DNA of 64,000 nt from Chloroflexota bacterium (GTDB lineage: Bacteria > Chloroflexota > Anaerolineae > Anaerolineales > VGOW01). Positions 43,122 to 51,629 of the stretch are shown piece by piece. The stretch covers positions 21,183 to 85,182 of the forward strand of contig VGOW01000008.1 of the NCBI GenBank assembly GCA_016875735.1. Direction: 5' to 3'. Within the stretch, counting starts at the first letter, position 1. The number at the start of each line of letters is the position of its first letter. Both the position numbers and the translations under genes were made by a program. Under the pieces are notes generated by a model, which ran no database searches, had not been told where the DNA came from, and was given only the letters and a program-made list of their open reading frames with translations.

Positions 43122-46100
43122 TTATGGCGCGGGGGGCGTCGTCTCCGTCGCCGTGGGTGTGTCGGATGCTGTCGGCGTATCGGTCGGCGTTGCGGTGGCT
43201 GGCTGGGCAGTGAGAGTGTCCGTCGCGGTCGGTGTGTCGGTCGCGGCGAGAGTCGGCGTGGCGCTCGGAGTGTCGGTGGGAGTGAGAGTCGGCGGCACGG
43301 GGGTGTCGGTGGATGGGATCGGCGTTTCGGTCGCCGGGTGTTGAATGATCACGCGCACGCGCGCTTCTTTCGAGTTGCCCTGCTTGTCGAAGACGGTGAG
43401 GCGCAGAGTGGCTTCGACGTCCGGCACATTGGCGGTGTCCCATTGGGCGAGCAGCCCGGCATCTTTCACCGGGTTGCGCACCTCGCCGCTCACGCCGCCC
43501 CAGCCCTGCGGGTCGTATCCGATTCCCCAATCCACAATGTAATGATCGAATTCGCCGTTGGCGATGTCGGCCACGCCGTACACGGGCACGAGGCCGTCGA
43601 GGGTTTGGAATTCGGAAGGCGAGACGATGGCGGCGACGGGGCGCGCGGCGTTGGGGTTGCAGAATTCGGTGGGCGGCGGAGTGATGGGAAATGTGACTCC
43701 GAGTCGCTCGGCCCATTGGCGGCCCTGCTCATTCGTTTCGAGCCAGGTGAGGGCGAACGGATCGGCGATGGTGACGAACGTTTTCTCTTCGGTGTTCGAG
43801 GTGTCGTTGTTGCATTCGGGGCTGGCGCGCAGGCCGGAGAATTTGTCGATGAACAGTTTGACGACAATATCTTTTTCGGGCGGCGCGGGCGGCCGATCGG
43901 CGGCGAAGACTTCGGGGACGACCGGCGGCTCGTTGGGGCGGCGCGGATCGACGATGTTCTTGCAGTAGTTGTTTTCTGCCGCGCCGGTGGCGGCGCAAAT
44001 GTTGGCGGTGATGATGCCCGGCGGTTGCGCGAACGATTCGGGTTGCGCGCCGAGCGCCTCCCACGCATTCTGCATCACGTTGTGCCAAATGGGCCCGGCG
44101 CCGGTGACTCCGCTCACGCCCTGCGCCATTTCGGTGAAGTCGGCGTTGCCCACCCACACGCCCACCACAAGATTCGGAGTGTAGCCAATCGTCCAGTTGT
44201 CGCGGTAGTCGTTGGTGGTTCCAGTTTTGACGGCGGCGGGGAACGAAAGGGCGAGCGCCGAATTGGGGCCGAAGGCAAGCGCGCGGGCGTGATTGTCGGA
44301 GAGGATGGAGGAGATGAGGAAAGCATGTTGAGCGCGCACGATGGGTTGGCCGAGATCGCCGGGCACGGCTTGGCACGGGGGCAGAGTCGGCGCGGCGGCG
44401 AGATCGGTGGGTTGCTCGCACACTTGCGCCCCGTTGGAACTGTCGATGCGAGTGATGGCCACGGGGATGATCTTGCGCCCGCCGTTGGCGAGCACGCCGT
44501 AGGCGTTCGTCATTTCGAGCAGAGTCACTTCGCCGCCGCCGAGCGTGAGCGCGAGTCCGTAATCGTTGCGGTTGAGCGAGGCAATGCCGAGCCGTTCGGC
44601 AAACTTGATCAGCCCATCGGGGCCGGGCGTGTTGGGGTCATCGTACACGCCGACGAATTGCAGGGCTTTGACGGCGGGGATGTTGTACGAATTGGCGAGC
44701 GCGTCGCGCACGCGCACCGGGCCGTGAAAGCGGCCATCGTAGTTCACCGGTTCGTAGGGCGGGTTCGCGCCGTCGGGAAATTTTGTGGGCACATCCCAGA
44801 TCAGAGTCGAGGGCGTCCACCCTTTCTCGAACGCGGCCACATACGTCAATGTTTTGATTGACGATCCCGGTTGGCGCGGACGGATCGCCATGTTGATTTG
44901 GCCGTCCACCGGATCATCGTAACTGTCGGAGCCGACCATCGCCAGAATCGCGCCCGTGTTCGGGTCGAGGGCGATGAGCGCGCCGTCGGTGACGTGGGAG
45001 GCGGCCAACGACTCCACTTGCGCTTTCACTTCCGCTTCGGCGAGGTCTTGCAGCTGGGGGTTGAGAGTGGTGCGCACGCGGAACCCGGCGCGATACAGTT
45101 CTTGCCCGAACTGCGTTTCGAGAATGAAGCGAACGTAATTCACCCAGTGCGGATACTTGGCATCGATGACCGGGGGGATGAAGGTGTGATTCTGAATCTC
45201 GATGATCGCGGCGGCGGCTTCGGATTGGGTGACGCAGAGGCGTTGCTCCTCGCCGCCGATTCGAACGGGGATGCCGGCCCCGGGTTGGGCGCAGTCGCCG
45301 CTGGCTTCGACCATCAACAACAGCACTTGCTTCTGCCGGTCGAAAGTGGTTTCGGGATCGGTGAACACATCGTACACGGCCGGCGACTGCGGAAGACCGG
45401 CGAGGAAGGCGGCCTCGGCGAGGGTGAGGTCTTTGGCGTCTTTGTTGAAATAGGTTTTGGCGGCGGCTTCGATTCCGTAGGCGAGGTTGCCGTAATAAAT
45501 TTCGTTGAGATAGAGTTCGAGGATTTGGTCTTTGCTGTAGCGGCGATTGATTTCGGCGGCGAGGATGATCTCACGAATCTTGCGGTCAACCGATAGCTCG
45601 TAGCACGATGATTCGGAGTCGGGGTCGTCGCACTCGGCGAGGCGGAGGTAGAGGGCGCGGGTGAGCTGTTGGGTGATGGTGGAGGCTCCGGCCAGTTCGC
45701 CGCCGTAACGATAGGCGCGATAGACGGCTTTGAGGATGGCGATGGCATCGAAACCGGGATGGTTGTAGTAGTCGCGGTCTTCGGTGGCGATGGTGGCGGC
45801 GAGGAGGTAGGGCGAGATTTGATCGATGGGGATGCGGGTGCGGCGGCCTTTGTTGGGATCGTTGAGCTCGTACAGCAGTTGGCCCGTCGAGTCATAAATG
45901 TACGTCGACTCGAATTGCGCGGCGCGAGTCGAGAGGTCGTCGGGGTCGGGCAGGGTTTGGGCGATGCGGTAATACTCGACGATGGCCGCCGAGGCAGCGA
46001 GGACGATGGCGATGGCGACGAGGGCGAAGGCGGCGAGGGTCAGGTTGAGGGCGAGGCGTTTCCAGTGAGGTGGCCGGGTGGTCGGGTGGTCGGATGGTGG

Positions 46101-46463
46101 AGTAGTCGAGTGGTCGAGTGGTCGAGTGGTCGGGGCGTGGGGAACGGTGGGGATGCTGGCTTCGGGGTTCCACGGTTTGTCGAGGATGGCGGGGCGGGCG
46201 GCGCGCGTGGCTTCGGGGTCGCGTTCGGGGACGCGTTTGGGCAGGGGCATGCCGCTGGCGTCAAGGTTAACTTTGGGCGAGACGGGGAGGGAGGGTGGGT
46301 GGGTGGTTCCCGCTCCGCTATCGCTTCGGGGCGCTGTCGCGGGGTGGTTGGGCGGTTGGGTGGTTTGAGGTTTGGAGTTTGGGGTTTGAGATTCCGCGTC
46401 GTCGTGCGGCGGGGTTTCGGGCTTTTGCGGTTCGCTGGGTTTGGTCGGCTCGTCCGGGGACAT
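43122..46463 (-). CDS. class A penicillin-binding protein (GT51 transglycosylase + transpeptidase) with low-complexity termini
   Basis: ATIATEDRDYYNHPGFD, RKIREIILA (GT51) and SSIK (transpeptidase). N-terminal Pro-rich region and C-terminal TDTP repeats. Confidence 0.92.
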   Translation of the reverse strand: MSPDEPTKPSEPQKPETPPHDDAESQTPNSKPQTTQPPNHPATAPRSDSGAGTTHPPSLPVSPKVNLDASGMPLPKRVPERDPEATRAARPAILDKPWNPEASIPTVPHAPTTRPLDHSTTPPSDHPTTRPPHWKRLALNLTLAAFALVAIAIVLAASAAIVEYYRIAQTLPDPDDLSTRAAQFESTYIYDSTGQLLYELNDPNKGRRTRIPIDQISPYLLAATIATEDRDYYNHPGFDAIAILKAVYRAYRYGGELAGASTITQQLTRALYLRLAECDDPDSESSCYELSVDRKIREIILAAEINRRYSKDQILELYLNEIYYGNLAYGIEAAAKTYFNKDAKDLTLAEAAFLAGLPQSPAVYDVFTDPETTFDRQKQVLLLMVEASGDCAQPGAGIPVRIGGEEQRLCVTQSEAAAAIIEIQNHTFIPPVIDAKYPHWVNYVRFILETQFGQELYRAGFRVRTTLNPQLQDLAEAEVKAQVESLAASHVTDGALIALDPNTGAILAMVGSDSYDDPVDGQINMAIRPRQPGSSIKTLTYVAAFEKGWTPSTLIWDVPTKFPDGANPPYEPVNYDGRFHGPVRVRDALANSYNIPAVKALQFVGVYDDPNTPGPDGLIKFAERLGIASLNRNDYGLALTLGGGEVTLLEMTNAYGVLANGGRKIIPVAITRIDSSNGAQVCEQPTDLAAAPTLPPCQAVPGDLGQPIVRAQHAFLISSILSDNHARALAFGPNSALALSFPAAVKTGTTNDYRDNWTIGYTPNLVVGVWVGNADFTEMAQGVSGVTGAGPIWHNVMQNAWEALGAQPESFAQPPGIITANICAATGAAENNYCKNIVDPRRPNEPPVVPEVFAADRPPAPPEKDIVVKLFIDKFSGLRASPECNNDTSNTEEKTFVTIADPFALTWLETNEQGRQWAERLGVTFPITPPPTEFCNPNAARPVAAIVSPSEFQTLDGLVPVYGVADIANGEFDHYIVDWGIGYDPQGWGGVSGEVRNPVKDAGLLAQWDTANVPDVEATLRLTVFDKQGNSKEARVRVIIQHPATETPIPSTDTPVPPTLTPTDTPSATPTLAATDTPTATDTLTAQPATATPTDTPTASDTPTATETTPPAP

Positions 46464-46624
46464 GGGGAGATTATAACGTGGAGAAGCCGAGCGGATAACC
46501 GGCCTTCATCGGCGATTGGAAATCGCGACACCAGAAGGCGAAGTCGGCCTTCGCCGACTTGGGTTACAACCTCAGCCCGCGAAGGCGGGCTTTGCTTCTT
46601 GTTGGTGCAGTTTCAACTGCTGTG

Positions 46625-47065
46625 TTATTGCCCGTCCACATCGTCTACATCGTTAATTTCGCATTGCTCCCACTCTCGCCACAGGGCTTGAGAAGCATGA
46701 TGACTCTTCTGATTGCGAATATAGTCGATCACTCGCGGCACATCGTTCTTTGACAGCGTGAATGCGCCGTAGGCTCCTTGCCATTTGAAAAACTTGCCGG
46801 GCGTGATCACGTGTGTGACGAGATGAGACGAAGCGCCTTTGACTCCCTTGAGCAAATCGGCAACGGTGAGGGTCGTCGGCAGGCGCACTAACAAGTGCAA
46901 ATGATCGTCCGCGCCGCCCAGCGCCAGTGGATAGGCTTTCAGCTCTCTGCATTTCTCGTTGATGGCCCCGTAAACCCGCAGTTCAATATCGGGCGTGATA
47001 AGCGGCATCCGATCCCAAGTTGCCCACACGGCGTGCAGATAAAGTTGAGTATAAGGCGCTCGCAT
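46625..47065 (-). mobile_element. IS200/IS605-family Y1 HUH transposase, RAYT-like
   Basis: 146 aa. LYLHAVWATWDR N-terminus, HUH motif DDHLHLLV, conserved WQGAYGAF tyrosine region. No companion tnpB ORF and no terminal inverted repeats seen. Confidence 0.85.
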
Positions 47066-47083
47066 GATTCTGTTATCGGGTTT

Positions 47084-48076
47084 CTAGCTGTTGCCCTTCG
47101 CCCTCCATCTCACCAGCCTCCCATCCTCAACCGCTTCCACCCGCCCATCATCAACCAAAATATCGAGATGCCCCATGATTTCGGAGTGGGCGAGGAAGAA
47201 GTCCATGCCGTGAGAGAGTTTGGGAAAGGTGGGCTGGACGATTTCCCACAGGGTGAGGGGGCGGTCGCAGAGGGCGGCGTAAATTTTATCGGCGCGGCGG
47301 CGGTGAAAGGCGATGCGTTTGCGGACGAGTTCGCGGGCGTTATGAATCAGATCGCCGTGCCCGGGGTAGGCAATGACCGGATCGAGATCGGCGATGCGCT
47401 GCATGTGATGGATGTATTCGACGAGTCGTTTGGGGCGCGGCCCACCGGCCCCGCCCAACGGCGGCGGCTCCATCACCGCGTTGGAGGTGATGTCCGGCAG
47501 AAGGTGATCGTTGGAAAGCAGTTCGCGAGTCGATTCGTTGAAGAGGCAGATCAACCCGCCCGAATGGCCGGGCGTGTGATACACGCGCCACTCCGCGCCG
47601 CCCGCCGTGATGATGTCGCCTTCGTCCACCGTGCGCGTGACTTTCATCGGCTCGTGCCAGCGAGTCATGCCGCGCCCCGACTTCTCCATCACGCCGATGA
47701 TCTCCGCCGGGACTCCACCTTGCGCCCAAATCTCTTCGTAGAACGGCAGGTGGCGGAGTCGCTCGGTTTCGTAATCGGCGAGGTAGGGAATGTTGTAGGG
47801 GTGCGAGAGAACGACTGCGCCGGAGCGTCCGACGATGACGTTCGTGAGGCCGACGTGATCGGCGTGATGGTGGGTGAGGACGAGTTGGCGGATGTCTTCG
47901 ATTCGTTTGCCGTGAAGAGCGAGTCCGCTTTCGAGCGCGGCGAGGGCTTCGGGCGTTTTGGGGCCGCAGTCAACCAGCGTGAGTGAAGCCTGCCCTGAGC
48001 TTGTCGAAGGGCCGTCGAGCAGATATACGTTCACCGGGCCGACGGGGAAGGGGGTGGGGAGGGAGAGGGTATGCAT
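47084..48076 (-). CDS. MBL-fold metallo-hydrolase
   Basis: THHHADHVG metal-binding motif. ATG 48076 is chosen because the upstream extension is encoded by a heptamer array. Confidence 0.85.
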   Translation of the reverse strand: MHTLSLPTPFPVGPVNVYLLDGPSTSSGQASLTLVDCGPKTPEALAALESGLALHGKRIEDIRQLVLTHHHADHVGLTNVIVGRSGAVVLSHPYNIPYLADYETERLRHLPFYEEIWAQGGVPAEIIGVMEKSGRGMTRWHEPMKVTRTVDEGDIITAGGAEWRVYHTPGHSGGLICLFNESTRELLSNDHLLPDITSNAVMEPPPLGGAGGPRPKRLVEYIHHMQRIADLDPVIAYPGHGDLIHNARELVRKRIAFHRRRADKIYAALCDRPLTLWEIVQPTFPKLSHGMDFFLAHSEIMGHLDILVDDGRVEAVEDGRLVRWRAKGNS

Positions 48077-48135
48077 GAAGGATGAAGGGGGAGTGGCAAG
48101 TAGCAAGTGGCAGGTGGCAAGTGTTGATGGAAGGG
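48076..48135. repeat. heptamer array (GTGGCAA words)
   Basis: gaaggatgaaggggga gtggcaa gtagcaa gtggcag gtggcaa gtg. Related arrays at 31208-31245 and 36046-36087. Confidence 0.65.
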
Positions 48136-48354
48136 TGTCGCGCGATTTGCGGGTTGGGGGCATTATACTCGGTGGGGAGGGGCGAGTTGCGGGGAGTATA
48201 ATCGTTGTGGGGAGGCGGGTTGTGAGCGCATGTGATTCATTCATCGACATATTGGGTGAAACCCTTTCGCCTAGCCTCCTCGTGGGGGATATCATGCGAA
48301 GTTTCATTTGCCGAATCCCGAGTTAGCCTCTGAAGTTTGCGAACACGGAAATTA

Positions 48355-49038
48355 ATGAAAGAACAGGTCAAGTCAAAGCAGCGCGTCGCCGACCACGGCG
48401 AAGTGTTCACCAGCGAACGCGAAGTGAACGCCATGCTCGACTTAGTGAAGCAGGAAACCGAGCGGATTGACTCGCGCTTCCTCGAACCCGCCTGCGGGAC
48501 GGGGAATTTCCTGACCGAAATCTTGCGCCGTAAACTGCAAGTGATGGAAAAGAAATATCGGCGCAGTCAACTGGACTTTGAGCGCAATCTCGTTTCTGCA
48601 ATTTCATCCATCTATGGCATTGACATTCTCGAAGACAACGTCATCGCCTGCTGCCAGCGGTTGTTCGAGATTGCGGATGAACGTTATACCGCCATCTTCA
48701 AGAAAAAAGCCAAAGACGATGTGCGGACAGTCTTGCGCTTCATCCTGAGTAAGAACATTATTTGGGGAGACGCGCTGGATCTGAAAACGGTGGGCGCTGA
48801 ACCGCACCAGATCATCTTTTCGGAATGGTCTTTCCCCCTGCACAACAGCCTCATCAAACGGCGCGACTTCGTCTTTGCGGAATTACTGCCCGACGAATCG
48901 AAGAAAACCCGCCAGCCCGATTTGTTTTCCAAGCCCGAACTGGTCTCCGATTTGGGCGAGAAAGTTTTCCTGCCCACTGAGACGCATAGCTACCCGCTGG
49001 TTCATTTCCTGAAGATCGGCGAAGAACTGGTGGAATAG
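48355..49038 (+). CDS. truncated N6-adenine methyltransferase-like protein lacking the catalytic NPPY motif
   Basis: Motif X GEVFTSEREVNAML, motif I LEPACGTGNFL, IYGIDIL, WGDALD. At the position expected for xxxGNPP(Y/F) it reads IIFSEWSF (48811-48834). Ends after 227 aa with no target-recognition region. Confidence 0.7.
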   Translation: MKEQVKSKQRVADHGEVFTSEREVNAMLDLVKQETERIDSRFLEPACGTGNFLTEILRRKLQVMEKKYRRSQLDFERNLVSAISSIYGIDILEDNVIACCQRLFEIADERYTAIFKKKAKDDVRTVLRFILSKNIIWGDALDLKTVGAEPHQIIFSEWSFPLHNSLIKRRDFVFAELLPDESKKTRQPDLFSKPELVSDLGEKVFLPTETHSYPLVHFLKIGEELVE

Positions 49039-49109
49039 AGTAAACGATTAAGCGCGTATCAAGTTGGCATGAAACAGCCTGATAGGAATTGCGGCCAGCG
49101 AAGGCATCT

Positions 49110-49839
49110 ATGAACAAGAGACCGAAAAAGGTTTCAAGCGTTGATACCCGCCATTACTTCGTAGATGAAGGCGGCGACGGCACGTTATTTGCCAGTAAGG
49201 GCAGGGTCATTATCGGAACGCCGGGTTGCTCACGGTTTTTCATGCTGGGGTAAAACGGCGCTGGCTTTTCATGCCAAAGACGATTTGCCCGAAGTGCGGC
49301 GCGAAGTGTTCAATCTCTTGCACGGCTTGGATGGCTTGCGTTTCTTCGCCGTTGTCACCGATAAATTGAGCGTGCTTGAATTTGTGCGCCAGCAAAACGA
49401 GCGCAAGGCCAACTACAGATACAACCCCAATGAATTGTATGATTATTTGGCCAGGCGGCTGTTCAAAGACAGGCTCCATCAGGATGGCAGTTATGAAATC
49501 ATGTTTTCCAAACGCGGAAAGGCAGACCGGACCGCCGCGCTAAAAAACGCATTGGAAACCGCCCGCCTGAGGTTTGCTGAACAATGGAACATAGCCAGCA
49601 ACGCGCCCATGAATGTGACGGCAGGCGCGCCGCAAACTCATGCGGGGTTGCAGGCAGTGGATTATTTCACCTGGGCATTACAACGTTTATATGAATCGGG
49701 CGAAGACCGCTACGTGGAATACTTGTGGTCTTCCTTTCATCTGACGCAAGATATTGACGATAAGCGCAAGGCTGGCTACGGCGCGTACTACACACAAAAA
49801 AAGCCGCTCAACGCGGCGGCTCTTTCATGGAGAAAATAA
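49110..49839 (+). pseudogene. DUF3800 family gene interrupted by a +1 frame change
   Basis: Frame A 49110-49253 (MNKRPKKVSSVDTRHYFVDEGGDGTLF...FMLG-stop) looks like a DUF3800 N-terminus. Frame B (ORF ending at 49839) continues with TALAFHAKDD...GLQAVDYFTWAL. The junction is at ctg-ggg-taa-a (49245-49254). Confidence 0.6.
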
Positions 49840-49966
49840 AAAACCAGTGGATATAGGACTGCGCAGACCGTAGCCTTGCAATCACACGGCATGGAGCCGA
49901 TTTTTGTCCGCTGGTAGTTTCATTAATAATCGGATTTGCCCGTTTTTCAAGCAGGAACTTCGATAT

Positions 49967-50050
49967 GTCATTGCGAGGGCGAAGCCCGAAGCAATCTCCC
50001 CGCCAGCAAGGGGATTGTTTCGCCGCCAAAGAGCGGCGGCTCGCAATGAC
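49967..50050. repeat. REP-A palindromic element, copy 2
   Basis: gtcattgcgag (49967-49977) and ctcgcaatgac (50040-50050), with inner gaagcaatctcccc/ggggattgtttc arms. Confidence 0.75.
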
Positions 50051-50060
50051 ATCAGGATGA

Positions 50061-51629
50061 ATGCGTATGCTCGTCAACTACAACCCCGATGTCCTCTCCT
50101 GCCTCGCCAACCTGTCCAGCGACGAAGTCTTCACGCCGCCGACCATCTCCAACCAAATGCTGGACTTGCTCCCGCCAGAGATTTGGTGCGACCCCAATGC
50201 CACATTTCTCGATCCTGCTACAAAAACAGGCATCTTCCTGCGGGAGATTGCCAAACGCCTGATGGTTGGACTGGAAAAAGCCATCCCCGACAGGCAAAAG
50301 CGCATCAATCACATTTTCACGAAGCAATTGTATGGCATTGCCATCACCGAAATCACCGCCCTGCTCTCGCGCAGAAGCGTGTATTGCTCCAAAAAAGCGA
50401 ACGGCAAATACTCGGTGTGCGAAGGATTCGACACGCCCGAAGGCAACATTGTATTCAAATGGATGGCGCATGAATGGGAAGGTGAGCGTTGTAAATACTG
50501 TGGGGCAAGTGAAAATGTCGCAGAATATAGCCGAAGCGACACGATGGAAAGCCACGCCTACCAGTTCATTCACACTATCAACCCGCAGGAGATTTTCAAC
50601 ATGAAATTCGATGTCATTGTCGGCAATCCGCCGTACCAGTTGAGTGATGGGGGCGGCACAGGTACAAGCGCAAGACCAATTTATCAACTTTTTGTACAAC
50701 AAGCCAAAAAGTTGAACCCGCGCTATTTGACAATGATTGTTCCATCTAGGTGGTTTTCAGGAGGCAAAGGATTAGATGATTTTCGAGATGAAATGTTGCA
50801 TGACACTAGCATTAGGAAGGTTGTTGATTTCCCAAATTCCGCTGATTGTTTTCCCGGTGTAGATTTATCAGGCGGAGTCTGCTTTTTTCTCTGGGATAGA
50901 GACAATAAAGGAAACTGTAAAGTTAGCACGAGTGAAAGCGGAAAAATTACCTCTGAAACAGAAAGACCACTGCTAGAAAAAGACGCAGGTACGTTTATTA
51001 GATACAACGAAGCCATATCTATATTGAGAAAGGTTCAAGAGAAAAACGAAAAAGGTTTCGTAGATATTGTTAGTTCCAATGACCCGTTCGGTTTTGACGT
51101 GCGAGCCGAAAACAGTTGGAAAAGAGTAAAGCCAGAATTTGCTCTGAAACGCTTTGAAAACAGTGTAGCTTTTTATTACAACGGTTGGAAAAGATTTGGG
51201 GTAGGGTTTGTAGAAAAAACCGCTGTTCAAAAAAACGCTGATTGGATTCGTAAATACAAGGTGTTTATAGCAAAAGCCTACGGAGAAAGAGGAAGTTTCC
51301 CGTATCGTGTTCTGGCATTTCCCTATCTTGGCGAGAAAAACAGTTGTTGCACAGAAACCTATCTTGTTGTGGGGCCTTTCGATTCAAAAGCCTTTGCCGA
51401 GAACGCGATTCAATACATCCATACTCGCTTCCTTAGGTTCTTGGTGTTGCTCAAAAAGAACACACAAAACGCTCTTCGCGGTGTTTATTCATTCGTCCCC
51501 ATACAAGACTTCACCGAACCCTGGACAGACGAAAAACTCTACAAGAAATACAAACTGACCAAAGCGGAAATCGAGTTCATCGAAAAAATGGTTCGTCCAA
51601 TGGACAATGGAGACGAAAGCGATGAGTAA
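50061..51629 (+). CDS. Eco57I-like N6-adenine DNA methyltransferase
   Basis: [17 protein letters not shown] (motif X), [12 protein letters not shown] (motif I variant), [11 protein letters not shown] (motif IV), then [14 protein letters not shown]. Confidence 0.88.
   Translation: MRMLVNYNPDVLSCLANLSSDEVFTPPTISNQMLDLLPPEIWCDPNATFLDPATKTGIFLREIAKRLMVGLEKAIPDRQKRINHIFTKQLYGIAITEITALLSRRSVYCSKKANGKYSVCEGFDTPEGNIVFKWMAHEWEGERCKYCGASENVAEYSRSDTMESHAYQFIHTINPQEIFNMKFDVIVGNPPYQLSDGGGTGTSARPIYQLFVQQAKKLNPRYLTMIVPSRWFSGGKGLDDFRDEMLHDTSIRKVVDFPNSADCFPGVDLSGGVCFFLWDRDNKGNCKVSTSESGKITSETERPLLEKDAGTFIRYNEAISILRKVQEKNEKGFVDIVSSNDPFGFDVRAENSWKRVKPEFALKRFENSVAFYYNGWKRFGVGFVEKTAVQKNADWIRKYKVFIAKAYGERGSFPYRVLAFPYLGEKNSCCTETYLVVGPFDSKAFAENAIQYIHTRFLRFLVLLKKNTQNALRGVYSFVPIQDFTEPWTDEKLYKKYKLTKAEIEFIEKMVRPMDNGDESDE

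Noticed and set aside
42999-44861. 620-aa plus-strand ORF opposite PBP1A.
   Set aside because: It is antisense to a CDS with clear GT51 and transpeptidase motifs, and no motifs of its own are seen.
46464-47083. RAYT gene as the left boundary of the 48.3-54.5 kb island.
   Set aside because: An apparently native GC-rich MBL hydrolase gene lies between them. No matching repeats flank both the transposase and the island.
47984-48012. PSTSSGQAS segment in the MBL hydrolase as an in-frame repeat-element insertion.
   Set aside because: It interrupts the usual YLL-x-LVDxG strand pattern and resembles peptide motifs I associate with repeat-derived sequence. However, there is only one copy in this window and only a weak palindrome, so I cannot support it without alignments.
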